From: Rebecca billardiae RCC1528
Taxonomy: Eukaryota; Protista; Haptophyta
Assembly: GCA_965240325.2 (NCBI GenBank)
Contig: OZ251230.1
Coordinates: 2,170,001-2,234,000, forward strand
Reading direction: 5' to 3'
DNA: 64,000 nucleotides
Positions 46,581 through 57,434 of this stretch are shown here, one piece after another (the first letter of the stretch is position 1; the number at the start of each line of letters is the position of its first letter). The notes beneath the pieces are model-generated. The model saw nothing but the letters and a program-made list of their open reading frames with translations. It was not told the origin of the DNA and ran no database searches. A program made the position numbers and the translations under genes.

Positions 46581-47549
46581 TCATGTAACCAACCTCCAAT
46601 AGCTGGCGGGAGTCTGAACTACAAACAATTCTGTCCGAGCCGAGAGGAGTTTGGGGGGAGGGCCGGGGCGGTGAGCCGCGTTGCCAGCCGCTCGGTGGCG
46701 CCGCCGCCGAGGTCGTCTCCGCGTCACACATCGACGTGCGTCGGTGTGATGTGTCTCATCGGGCGTGTGTGAGTACTTGCAGGGGCCCTGCATTCCTTGA
46801 AGGCTCGGTATCGCACCCCTCCGAGTGTGCACGCTCGTCAACGCCGTGCCGTGCGACTCAGCTGCGCGTGTGGGCTTACACGCCGGCAATGTAGGCGAGA
46901 CGAGCGGGGCTGAGCGCCAAGAGATGGGCGCTTCCACGCGGGAGTAGTCTGGTGCGAGGCCCCCGATCCCTCGCGCATCGGCTCGAAGCGCGCCTGAAGC
47001 ACTGGGCACTCTCCTGCACAGTCTTGTCTCCCCCATCCCAAGCTGAGCTAAAACACCTCAGAACGACGTGTTTCTGCGATTTGGACGATGGTGTGGCCAT
47101 CGCGTGGGCAGCGGACAGACTCGCTACTTCAGCTCCAGGCGCGCTTCGAGCCGATGCGCGAGGGATCGGGGGCCTCGCACCAGACTACTCCCGCGTGGAA
47201 GCGCCCATCTCTTGGCGCTCAGCCCCGCTCGTCTCGCCTACATTGCCGGCGTGTAAGCCCACACGCGCAGCAGTCGCACGGCACGGCGTTGACGAGCGTG
47301 CACACTCGGAGGAGTGCGATGCCGAGCCTTAAAGGAATGCAGGGCCCCTGCAAGTACTCACACACGCCCGATGAGACACATCACACCGACGCACGTCGAT
47401 GTGTGACGCGGAGACGACCTCGGCGGCGGCGCCACCGAGCGGCTGGCAACGCGGCTCACCGCCCCGGCCCTCCCCCCAAACTCCTCTCGGCTCGGACAGA
47501 ATTGTTTGTAGTTCAGACTCCCGCCAGCTATTGGAGGTTGGTTACGTGA
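46581..47549. repeat. Long inverted repeat/foldback: ~420-bp arms (46581-47000, 47132-47549) with ~130-bp spacer
   Basis: Arms are reverse complements with a few substitutions and a small indel; mirrored ORFs 46581-47036(-) and 47088-47549(+). Confidence 0.93.
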
Positions 47550-48535
47550 AATTGAAAATGGGCTTCATCGCGGCAACCTGAAGACAATACAGTTTACTAA
47601 GAATAAGAGACGCACACAGCTCATACTGCGGTCATGTTGAAGCCCCCCCCCATGTCCTTCTGTAGGGGGTAGGTGCACCCTGCTCGAAGGGCTGATGGGC
47701 TGCAGGGGGGGGGGGTGCAACCTGCTCAAGCTCTAGGCTGGCAGGCTGCAGCCACAGGGGGCGGGGTGCAGGCACCCCGACTTCAGCAGGCCCATGGTTG
47801 GGTGCTTCGCGCAGGCGCGCGCGGCGGGCCCGGGCCGTGGCTGTCACAGTGTAGCAAGTGGTACCAGAACTCTGGAGAGCGCGCCTGCGGCGCAGGGAGT
47901 GACCTTCATATCATAGTAGTCTTCATCACGTATCCACCACCTCACGATATGCGCCTGCCCAGGGGCCACCGCACCTGCCTCGTGTCGGCGCGGCCCACCG
48001 TGCCGTCCGCGGACTGGCGACCGCAATCGTCGCCCCTGCCAGGGACTCGGCCGCCGACTCGGTATTCATGAGCGGCACCCTGCCTAGGGTGGTCGGCGCG
48101 TCGCTGCTCGCAAAGTGCCCACCCAAGCAGACGCCCCAGCCCGGCCCAAGCTCGGCCACTGCCATGCCACCGCGTGGCGAGCGCAACCGGTGCGCTCTGG
48201 GCTGACCAAGCCCGCAACGGCCGGGAGCGGCGCGGACGCCGCGCCACCGCGTCTGCCTGCCGTCGCGGTTGGATTGAGCACGGACCGTAGCACGAAGACA
48301 CATGGCGTGCCAGCGCGCTGCCAGCCCACCAGCGCTCTCTGTTGCACGTACGCGCACAACGCACGGCTTGGCCGGGCGGCCGGGGGCCGCGGGGCGGAAT
48401 CCAGCGCCGCCATCGTCTTGGGCGCGCGCCTTCGGCGATGCTGTTCTGCTCCGGTAGGACAGCGCGCCAAAAAGGGCCAAAAATTTTCTTCGCCTCGGGC
48501 CGGCGGGGCCCCGGGGGAGGCCCCCCGGACCCCCC

Positions 48536-51500
48536 GGAGGCCACTCCACCGAAATCAGCCGACGGGTAGGGGAGCCAGAAGCGTCTCGGGTAGGGGTCCC
48601 CTACCCGATCGCGCACCTCGGGTAGGGGGGGCGGAGGCTGCTGTCGCCGCGCGCCGAGGGCGTCGCTCGACGCGCACCGCGGGCGTCGCTCGAGTCTGCG
48701 CGGCCCGCGCACGCGTCCTGCGGGTGCGCCCCGGCACTGTGCCTTCGCGCGCCGCTGGCTGCGCGCCTCTCCGCCGCTCACGCCGCTCGCCAATGGCCCG
48801 CGACTGCGCGTCGGCACGTTTGTCTGCTGCGGCCGACCGCGAACGCGCACAGGCGGGCACAAGGAAGTCGGACGATGATTTGCTGTCGTGTTGTGCGCGG
48901 ACCATGTGTATGCGCTCCGCCCAGCCGCGCGCGTCGGTCGCGCACGCCGACCAAGGCGAGCTCGAGCGCGCGCGCAAGCTGGCGCTCGCGCGTTTTGGAC
49001 CCATGAAGGTGCCAGCGACTCGAGCGCGCCCAAGCGTCGGTAGAGCGCGCGCCGCGCTCGCGCGAGGAGCTGTGTGGTCGCAGCTCGCCCGCACGCTTGC
49101 GCCCTGGGCGATCCGCGCCCTCGCATGCGCCAGCCGCGCGAGGCAGCGGCGCGTCGCACATGCCGGCCGCGCGAGCGCGGCGCGCGCCAAGCCTGCGTGC
49201 AGCGGCCGCAGCTGGTGTGCCTCTGAGCCTCAGCTGTGTGCTAGCCTGCGCGAGGATGCGGACGGCGCGCAGGGCGTACACTTGAACGGGTAGGTTGTGT
49301 ACCAGCGCGGTGGCGCACCTAAGCCTCTTCTGATCCTCGCACGTGCTTCGTCTTTGGATAGCACATCAGCAGAATCGTCACGACAGACTCCCAAGTCCGC
49401 GCTGCGTTGCTGTCGCCAGGTGAGGGTTGCGCAACCAGTCGCCACACGACACCACCATCGTCTCCGGCTGTCATGACGAGGACGCGTACAGCCCGGTACT
49501 GACTCGGGCGTTCAGCGCCACGCGTACTCACCTCGAATGGAGTCGCTGCGTGCGCAGTCCGGAATCAACGCCAGCGATAGCCCCGAAGGAGTGCTCTGCA
49601 CAGCATCGATGCAGACGCAAGCGTGGGCGAGGAGCAACTTGGGCGCTAGGCGGCAACGACTGCGTGTTGATTGATCGACTCATGCTGCGATGAGGACTCA
49701 GTGGCAAGGGCCCTCAGCCGTTGATGTATGGCAGGCGCAGTGACGTCGGCTCAGCATGGAGCACGGGGCTTGACGTGTGACGCTTCTGAGCAGCTTTCTG
49801 TCGTGGTCGTGATTGAACCGCACTCGGTGCGGGCTGCATGGCGCATGCCATCGCAGCGGACCGGCCTCGGCCGCGCGGCCGCCTGCCCTGGGATCGGTCG
49901 GCGGGCCCGTCGGCGCCCGCCCGCTGACTGCGGCGAGACTCTGGATGAGACCGAGTCCGATGGCCGCGGTGTGGCGCGCAAGGCTCAGGTCACACGGGCT
50001 GCGCTGGGCCGCGCAGCGCCGCCGCGCTTTTATCAGCAGCATCGGCCCGCGGCCGCCGCGGTGGCTGGCCGCCTGACGGCCTGTGCTCGCAGGCCGCAGC
50101 CCACGCATCCTCGTGGCAGTCTGCACGCAGAGGATGGCAGACCGGCTAACGGCGGCCTCGGCGGCCGCGAGCAGTCCCTTCATCTTCGGTTGACGGCGTG
50201 TCGGCGGCCAAGAGGTGGCACGGGCGGCCACGGTCGTGTCGACTCAGTGCCTCTGACGCCGCGCCTTTGTCGTCCCAGTCAGTGCCAGGCTGCCGCCGTG
50301 GACGCCTTGGATGCCGATGCGGATGCCTTGACGAGCGCATGCGGTCGTTGCGCCTGAAGTGTCTCTGACAGAGCTGATGGCTATGCCGGACGAATTTGCC
50401 GCCGCGGAGCCATCGGCAGTGCCTGACGCACCGCCATCGCCGCGCCGATGCGCATTCGCCGCGCCAGCGCCACGCAGTCCGGACTCCTGCGCCAACTCCC
50501 AGCTGCTGCTGTCCGTGCTCGGGAACACGGCGCAGCTGGACACACTCTGCGCGCACAGCCTTCTTGCGCGCTTACCAGCCAGAGTGAGTGGCACAGCACA
50601 TGGCCAATTCGGGCGTGGCGTGCGTCTGAGGCGGCGCTGTGTGACATTGTGCTCGCTGTGAACGGCGCTGTCGACCACAGCGCAGGCGGCCACGATGCAA
50701 CGAAGTGTGGCCGCGACGCGTGCGTACATTGTACTGCCGAAACTAGCGTACCTGCGCCAATATTCAAGTGACAATGCCCGCGTCTGACATGCTGTTGGTC
50801 CCGCGAGCATGCTGTCCCCTTGTCTCAGCCTATGACTCAGATTGACTAGCACCGTTGTCTAATGGCATCGAGTAGGCTACAGGTAGCAAGGCGCGCGCCG
50901 CGCTCGCGCGGCCGGCATGTGCGACGCGCCGCTGCCTCGCGCGGCTGGCGCATGCGAGGGCGCGGATCGCCCAGGGCGCAAGCGTGCGGGCGAGCTGCGA
51001 CCACACAGCTCCTCGCGCGAGCGCGGCGCGCGCTCTACCGACGCTTGGGCGCGCTCGAGTCGCTGGCACCTTCATGGGTCCAAAACGCGCGAGCGCCAGC
51101 TTGCGCGCGCGCTCGAGCTCGCCTTGGTCGGCGTGCGCGACCGACGCGCGCGGCTGGGCGGAGCGCATACACATGGTCCGCGCACAACACGACAGCAAAT
51201 CATCGTCCGACTTCCTTGTGCCCGCCTGTGCGCGTTCGCGGTCGGCCGCAGCAGACAAACGTGCCGACGCGCAGTCGCGGGCCATTGGCGAGCGGCGTGA
51301 GCGGCGGAGAGGCGCGCAGCCAGCGGCGCGCGAAGGCACAGTGCCGGGGCGCACCCGCAGGACGCGTGCGCGGGCCGCGCAGACTCGAGCGACGCCCGCG
51401 GTGCGCGTCGAGCGACGCCCTCGGCGCGCGGCGACAGCAGCCTCCGCCCCCCCTACCCGAGGTGCGCGATCGGGTAGGGGACCCCTACCCGAGACGCTTC

Positions 51501-51542
51501 TGGCTCCCCTACCCGTCGGCTGATTTCGGTGGAGTGGCCTCC
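48536..51542. repeat. Internal ~650-bp inverted repeat (48536-49188 / 50890-51542) with 1.7-kb spacer
   Basis: Identical translated ORF segments on opposite strands; arms contain iterated CGGGTAGGGG and the palindrome CGGGTAGGGGTCCCCTACCCG. Confidence 0.93.
50620..50770 (-). pseudogene. Decayed hAT transposase C-terminal dimerization-domain fragment
   Basis: LEYWRRYASFGSTMYARVAATLRCIVAACAVVDS.....VTQRRLRRTP resembles L.WW.....FP.L..VA..L.IPASSA..ER.FS....T.RR.RL.P. Confidence 0.5.
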
Positions 51543-52890
51543 CCCGCTGTGGGTCCGGGGGCTGGCGCCCCCGGACTTCCGGTGCGGGGGGGGGGGGTGC
51601 TACCGCCTCGGGGCGGCGAGACGCTCAGGAGGGGGTTGGTGCAACCTGCTCACACCCAGAAGGGCCCACAGAAGGACACAGTGGCCGGGTTACAACATGA
51701 CTGCAGTATCAGGCAGGCGAGATATGTTTGCGCGCACGTTCCTCTGCAGAGGAACAGTGACTCAGGAACAGTGACTCAGCCGATGGTACGCCGCTGCCGG
51801 CCACCCATGTGGTGCTGCGCGTGACGCAACCCATGTTGTTTAGCATCACCGTATTGTAGCCAGCCTCGCGCGCTACCGAAGACGACCTTGATATGCTAGT
51901 TACTACTGGGGAAGTCGGCGGCGAGCCTGCCGGAGCGGCCGTCGGTGCTCCGCTGTAGACGCATGCGCTCGTGCGCTCGAGGTGGCGTTCGTCGTACAGC
52001 GAGGTGAACTGCGTACGCGTCGTCGGGCTCGAGCCCTCAGCGCACGTGTAGCTCTCCATAGCGCCCAGCCTGGCGATAAGCGCGGAGGACGGCGCGGAGG
52101 TGTCGCTCCGGCGCTCCACTGTGCGCATGAGCTGACGCAGCAGTCCCTGGAGCGCGTCGGCGAGCGCGTGCGTGTTGAGGTGGTCGTCAGGTCGAGGCAA
52201 GCGTCGAGCACGCGGCGGTGCAGGTGCAGCCGCTGGACAAGCAACTACTCGCGGCGCCACGCGGACGCGTGGCGCAAGGAGGAACCGCTCGAGCTGCTGA
52301 AGGGCACGCTGAGCGCACTCAAGGCTGAGCTCGAGCGCAAGTTGCAGCTGAGCGCAGGCGTGCGCGTGCAGACGCGCGTGCGGGGGCATGCTGCGCAGAC
52401 GCAGCGCTGCAGCCAACATGGAGCCTGCCTGGAACTGACCTCCAGCACACACTCTTGCGCGCGCCCTTCAGCGCAGCTGATCGACAAGGGCCTTGGCCAC
52501 GGGTCTGACGGAGCACTCTCTCACGGTGGCCTGCTCAACGCCGTGTATGCCAGCAGCGCGCTTCGCACGCTGGCCGTCAGCGGCGAGCACGGCGAGATCA
52601 TCTACCGAGTGTTCGAGGTGTCCCTGCTTTCCCTTTGCGAGCAGCACGTACTTCACCGCGAGCACGGCGCGCGCGCGCCGCCACGCTGCTTCTTGTCGGG
52701 CGCGGGCTCGCCAGCCTCACCGAGGAACTCGAAGTGCTTCCCGACGCCCGGCGCCACTGCCTCCGCCGGCCAGTGCACGACTGCGTCGAGCAAAGGGCGA
52801 CTGAACAGGCCAGCGCGGTTCAGGACGTTTGCGACCGAGCCGAAGACCGTCGGCGCATCGCTCCGGCGTTGGCGCGGATCCTTAATATCC

Positions 52891-53004
52891 TTAATGTGGC
52901 AGCCGGTCGCCTTTAATAATGTGGCAGCCGGTCGCGGGGCCCTTAATACTGTAATGTGGCAGGTGGTCAAGGACTCAAGGCTTTCAGCTTAATGTGGCAA
53001 CCGG
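52891..53004 (+). repeat. Four short direct repeats TAATGTGGCAG(C)CGG with variable spacers
   Basis: Copies at ~52892, 52917, 52952, 52990. Confidence 0.8.
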
Positions 53005-53199
53005 ATGAAGCCCAAATTCCGACGCTGCCACGGGCGCCACAGGGGCGCAGCGGCGGGGCTGACGACGCGCGCGTGGTGCCACAGCGATTGCATGTTAGGA
53101 GAATGGCAAGGTGCCCGAGGATGCCCAAGTGGCTCGGCTCGATAGCAGGTCGTAGTTACTAGAAGCGGCCACAACGATAATGAAGTGGGGGCTGGCCGC

Positions 53200-53626
53200 T
53201 TGCTTGACGAATGAGAAGCTGCCTGGATGCTGATGGAGAAGCTCCCAAGAGATCAATCTCAGCACATGCTATCTCGAGTCTCGAGAGCCGCCAAATAAAT
53301 AGACACGAGCGAGCCGTATAGAAGAGTTGGACAGGCGGAGGCCATAATTCATAAAGGAGGTGCTGCCATGAGTGGTGATGAAGAACGTAATAATACAGTA
53401 GCACATCATGATGATAGTAAAAGATCTTGTCAAACATCATACTCCCTGGTGTTGTCTGTTGAAGGGTCGGCCGAGATGGGTGGAGGCAGCAAGTACTCGG
53501 AAACGTGAGCCGCCGGCACCATTGGGTACCAGCAGTCACCACCTGCAGGATCACGCACTCGCAGCAGATGACGATGGATTAAGCCCTTGGTCGCAAGCGG
53601 CACGCCTGCATCGCCTCACCTTCTAG
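53200..53626 (+). mobile_element. Possible heavily decayed Ty1/copia RT-RNaseH fragment
   Basis: Lower GC; RRHHWV and frameshifted SQQM..DGL..ALGRKRH resemble the copia RNase H C-terminus (R.H...; AD.LTKAL...H). Confidence 0.4.
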
Positions 53627-54299
53627 CCTCCGGACACACTCGGTCGTTATATCGATCTGCACTATAATATTAGTCTAAAACGCCACATATATATATATAT
53701 ATATATTGAACGTCGTCGAAAAATACTGAGACGGCACCCGCCGGGCCGCCACCGCGCCAGCGGCGCGCCAGCTGTCCGCTCGGGAGTGCTGACGCCTCAC
53801 AGTGTCTGGCCGAATGGCAGGAGTGCTGTGCCAACGCCGCCTGGATGTGCGAGTGAATCGAGCCTTGGGCCTTGGGTCACGGAGTACACCAGACTGCGGA
53901 GTGTTCCTGTCTGATGCAGGACGGGGCCACCAACCACGGACCAGGTGGTAGTGCGCCCGGTCGGCCGGTGCAGGCGATCCGACTGGCCGGGTGGCTCACG
54001 GCGCGGCGCGGCTGGTGACGGTGTGATGAGGACGAATCATGATGATGCCGATGGCGAGCGGCCCGTTGCGGGCGGCCTGTCGCGATGGCTGCGATGGAGC
54101 GCGTGAGAACGAGAAGATCGCGAGGATGCCGTTCAGGGCATGGCAGACCGGGCGGGCCGAGGGAGCGAGGGAGCTGCTCGCCGAGCTTGGGGCGTCGCGC
54201 CGTCACAGTGGCACGCCGACCGGCGACCGCGCATGATGATGGGAGCTCCAGGGTGTGTGCCTTGATCTTGATGAATACGGATGCCGAGTAAGCATACCC

Positions 54300-57200
54300 T
54301 CAGACGCTGACGACGACTTCGTCAGAGAGCGGCGTAGCCGGGGAAGCGGGCGCGCGGTGGCGGCGGCGGAAGGCGAGGACGGCCACGGCCGCGAGCGCTG
54401 CGCCGGCTGCCAGGAGCAGCGTGGCGGCGCGCCCGTCGTGCCGGCCGCGGCGCTCGGCGAGGTTGCGGCGGTGGCCCTTCTTGCCGGCACCGACCTCGAC
54501 CCAGTCGCTCGAGGCGTGCACGCCAAAGTCACCCGAGGCGCCGACAGGGTGCTGGTTGGCGGCGACGACGCGGGCGACCTCCCAGAGGCGGGGGAGGGAC
54601 TTGGAGAGCGTGTTCTGCGGGTCGCGCGCGCGGTCGCGGCCGTGGACGCATGAGCCGGCGAGTGTGCGGCGCGTCGAGGACATGCGCATGGCGCGTGCGC
54701 GCGCGCGCACCCCGATCTGGCACAAGGCGCGGCAGGTGATGATTTCGTCCAGGCCCTCGTCGTGAACGATCCGATCCCGCCCGTCGGTGATGATCACATC
54801 GCGCACACCGTCGTTGGCGTAGATCGTGTCCCGGCCGAAGCCGCCGTCGATGCGATCGTAGCCGACGCCGCCGGTGATCACATCCCTGCCGCTTCCGCCG
54901 TAGAGCTTGTTGTGGACGGTGCCGCTCGTGCCGCCACCGAGCTTGCCCGCCTCGGCGTCGTCGCCGCCGACGATTGTATCGGCTCCCCGACCGCCTGCGC
55001 GAGCCGAGGCCACCGCCGATCAGTCCGCGCGCGAGTGTGGCGGCGCGCGCGTGGCGGCGCGCGCGCGCGCGCGGCTCGGCGGTGCGCTGTGCCTGCGGGC
55101 GCACCGTGGATGTAGTTGTACGCGTCCCCGCCCGTGCCGCCGTTGCCAAGGTCGTCCACGTCGATAGAATTGCTGCCGGGTGGTTGGTTGATCTGTCCGA
55201 GCTCCGGAGCCCCAATGCCGGCGTCGCCGCCCGAGATGTAGTCGCTGCCGGCGCCTCCCCAGAGGTGGTTGAGGGCGCTGCCGCCGACCTCCTTGTCGGT
55301 GCCCCAGCCGCCGGAGCCACCGACGATCGTGTCGTCGCCGTGGCCGCCGTACATTCGGCTGACCGCGTCGCCCGACTTGCCACCGTATTGGCCCTTGTCC
55401 TCGTCGTCGTACCAGCCGCCCCAGCCGCCATCGCCACTGCGCAAGTAGTCATCGCCGAAGCCGCCGCGCGCGTGGTTGTACGTGTCGCCCTCGACGCCAC
55501 CGTCCCAGTTGAAGGCGCCGTCGCCACCAACAATGGTGTCGTCGCCGGTGCCGCCGAGCAGGACGTTCGTGGCGCCGCCACCGCGGCCGTCATCCCAGTT
55601 GAAGCCGCCGTTGCCGCCGCGGAGGTAGTCGTCGCCGCTGCCGCCGGAGAGCGTGTTCGTGGCGTGGCCGGCGACCGCCTGCCCAGCCCCATCGCCTGAC
55701 TCCCAGGCAAAGCCGCCGTACGCGCCGCGCAGGTTGTCGTCGCCGCTGCCGCCGAGGAACGTCGAGCGCACGTCACCGCCGATCGCATCGTGCGACCCCA
55801 ACGCGTCGGCCCAGCCCGAGGTGCGCACATCTGCGCGGTCGCAGTCGCGGTCGCGGTGGCGGGCACGCACACATGGACCCATTCGCGCACCCGTCAGCAG
55901 CAAGCCACCGCCACCACGGTAGGTCGCGCGCACCGCGCCCAGCCCCCCCCCCCCCCCCCCTGCGCGGCACGCGCCGTCCGCGCGCTGCTGCGCGCACATC
56001 CGTAGTCGTCGCCCGCGCCACCAACAAAGACGTTGTCGACATCGCCGCCTCGGACGTCACCATGTTCGGCCCACGCGGCGCCGTCGGACAGGAACGTGTC
56101 GTCGCCGTCGCCGCCGGAAAACACGTTGAGCTGGTTGCCGCCCCTGCTGTAGCCAAAGGAGTCGACGTCCGTGTTCTTATTGTTATAGGCCCAGCCGCCA
56201 TCTCCGTGCGAAAATTCGTCGTCTCCCTCTCCGCCGGCCACGAAGTTTGCAACGTCGCCACCCCTCTGGTAGCCGTCCGGGCCGTACGCCTCCATGGCCC
56301 ACCCGCCATCATTCGCGAGGAAGTAGTCGTCGCCCGCGCCGAGGCGCACGATGTTGAGGGCATCGCCACCGCGCGCGTTGGTGGAGTCCAGAACCCATCC
56401 GGGGTTGATGCCATGAATGTTGTCGTCGCCAGCGCCGGCGTCCGCAATGAGCACGCCGTCCCCGCCGCGCGCGTAGGAGGCCTCGGTAGTGGCGTCCACC
56501 CAGCCGGCATAGGGTTTGTTTCGGAAGTCTTCGATGCCGTCGCCGCCGCGCATCACGATGATCGACGAGCCACCGCCAGCCTCGCCCTCGCCATAATAGA
56601 CGTAGCCCGTGGATCCGCCGTTGAATGGACCAAGCTCCGTCGTATCACCGCCGCTGTCGCCGTGGAGGATGAGGTTGAAGACGTCGCCTCCTTGCCCAGC
56701 GCCGTACGAGACGTCGCCGCCGCGGCCGACGAAGATCTCGTCCCCCCCGTCGCCGTTCGCAATGATGTTCACGACCGAGCCGCCCTGCCCCTCGCCATTT
56801 AAGACATCGCCACCGTCGCCGCCGACGATGCGATCTCCTCCGCCGTCCGTGCCGATGAGCACGTTCAGAGCGGCGCCGCCGGTGCTCTTGGCCTTGGAGA
56901 CGGAGTCGAGCGAGCCGCCGGCACCGCCTTGGATGTCGTCGCCGGAGAGCCAGTTGCGCGCGTTCCGGCCGGCGACGCCGAGCCCGCCGGTGAAGGTTTC
57001 GCCGTCGTCGCCGTACTCGGTGGTGAGGGCGCGGCGCGCGCTGCTGACGACGCGCGGCGCACCGAGCGCGTGCCGGCGGGAGGGCGTCAGGACGCAGCGG
57101 CGGCGCGTGGCGGGCGCGGTGTGATGGGGAGAAAGGCGAAGCAGCGGTTGACGAGGGGAATCTCCCCGCGCTGCCCCTGCGCGCTGCGCAGGAGCCGGTC

Positions 57201-57434
57201 GCGACGGCGGAGCGGGCCGCGCGAGCTTCAGACCCACCTCGGGCTCGGCCGCGACGCGTCGGCCGCGTCACCGCGGTGGGCCGTGTCCTTGAGGTGATGC
57301 GCGGAGGGCGACGTGGATGATGCGCGGCGCGGATGCAGCACGCCGTGGTGCGATCGGGAGAGGCGGCCGTGCGCCTCGCCCGCGCTCGCCGCCGACACGG
57401 CGACGAGGCATGCGAGCGTCACGAGCGCCCACAT
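54300..57434 (-). CDS. Type-I membrane protein with hemolysin-type (RTX) Ca2+-binding glycine-rich repeats; exons 57434-57238, ~57040-55998, 55830-55105, 54994-54711, 54614-54300
   Basis: Signal peptide MWALVTLACLVAVSAASA; many GGxGxDx(L/I/F) nonapeptides; C-terminal hydrophobic helix followed by RRR; four GT-AG introns with compatible phases. Confidence 0.88.

Larger units (their letters stand above)
47625..51707. mobile_element. 4083-bp TIR DNA transposon inserted into the short dispersed repeat, 2-bp AT target duplication
   Basis: TIR ACTGC(G/A)GTCATGTTG plus second block TGTCCTTCTGT; flanks CAGCTC-AT and AT-CAGGCAGGCG rejoin to the uninterrupted copy at 63115-63132. Confidence 0.82.

Noticed and set aside
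51982-52992. 336-aa ORF right of the 4-kb element
   Set aside because: Patches of coding-like codons but no family recognised; likely decayed fragment
52891-53004. Repeat-spacer pattern resembling a CRISPR array
   Set aside because: Repeats are only ~15 bp, degenerate and irregularly spaced; eukaryotic context with no cas genes
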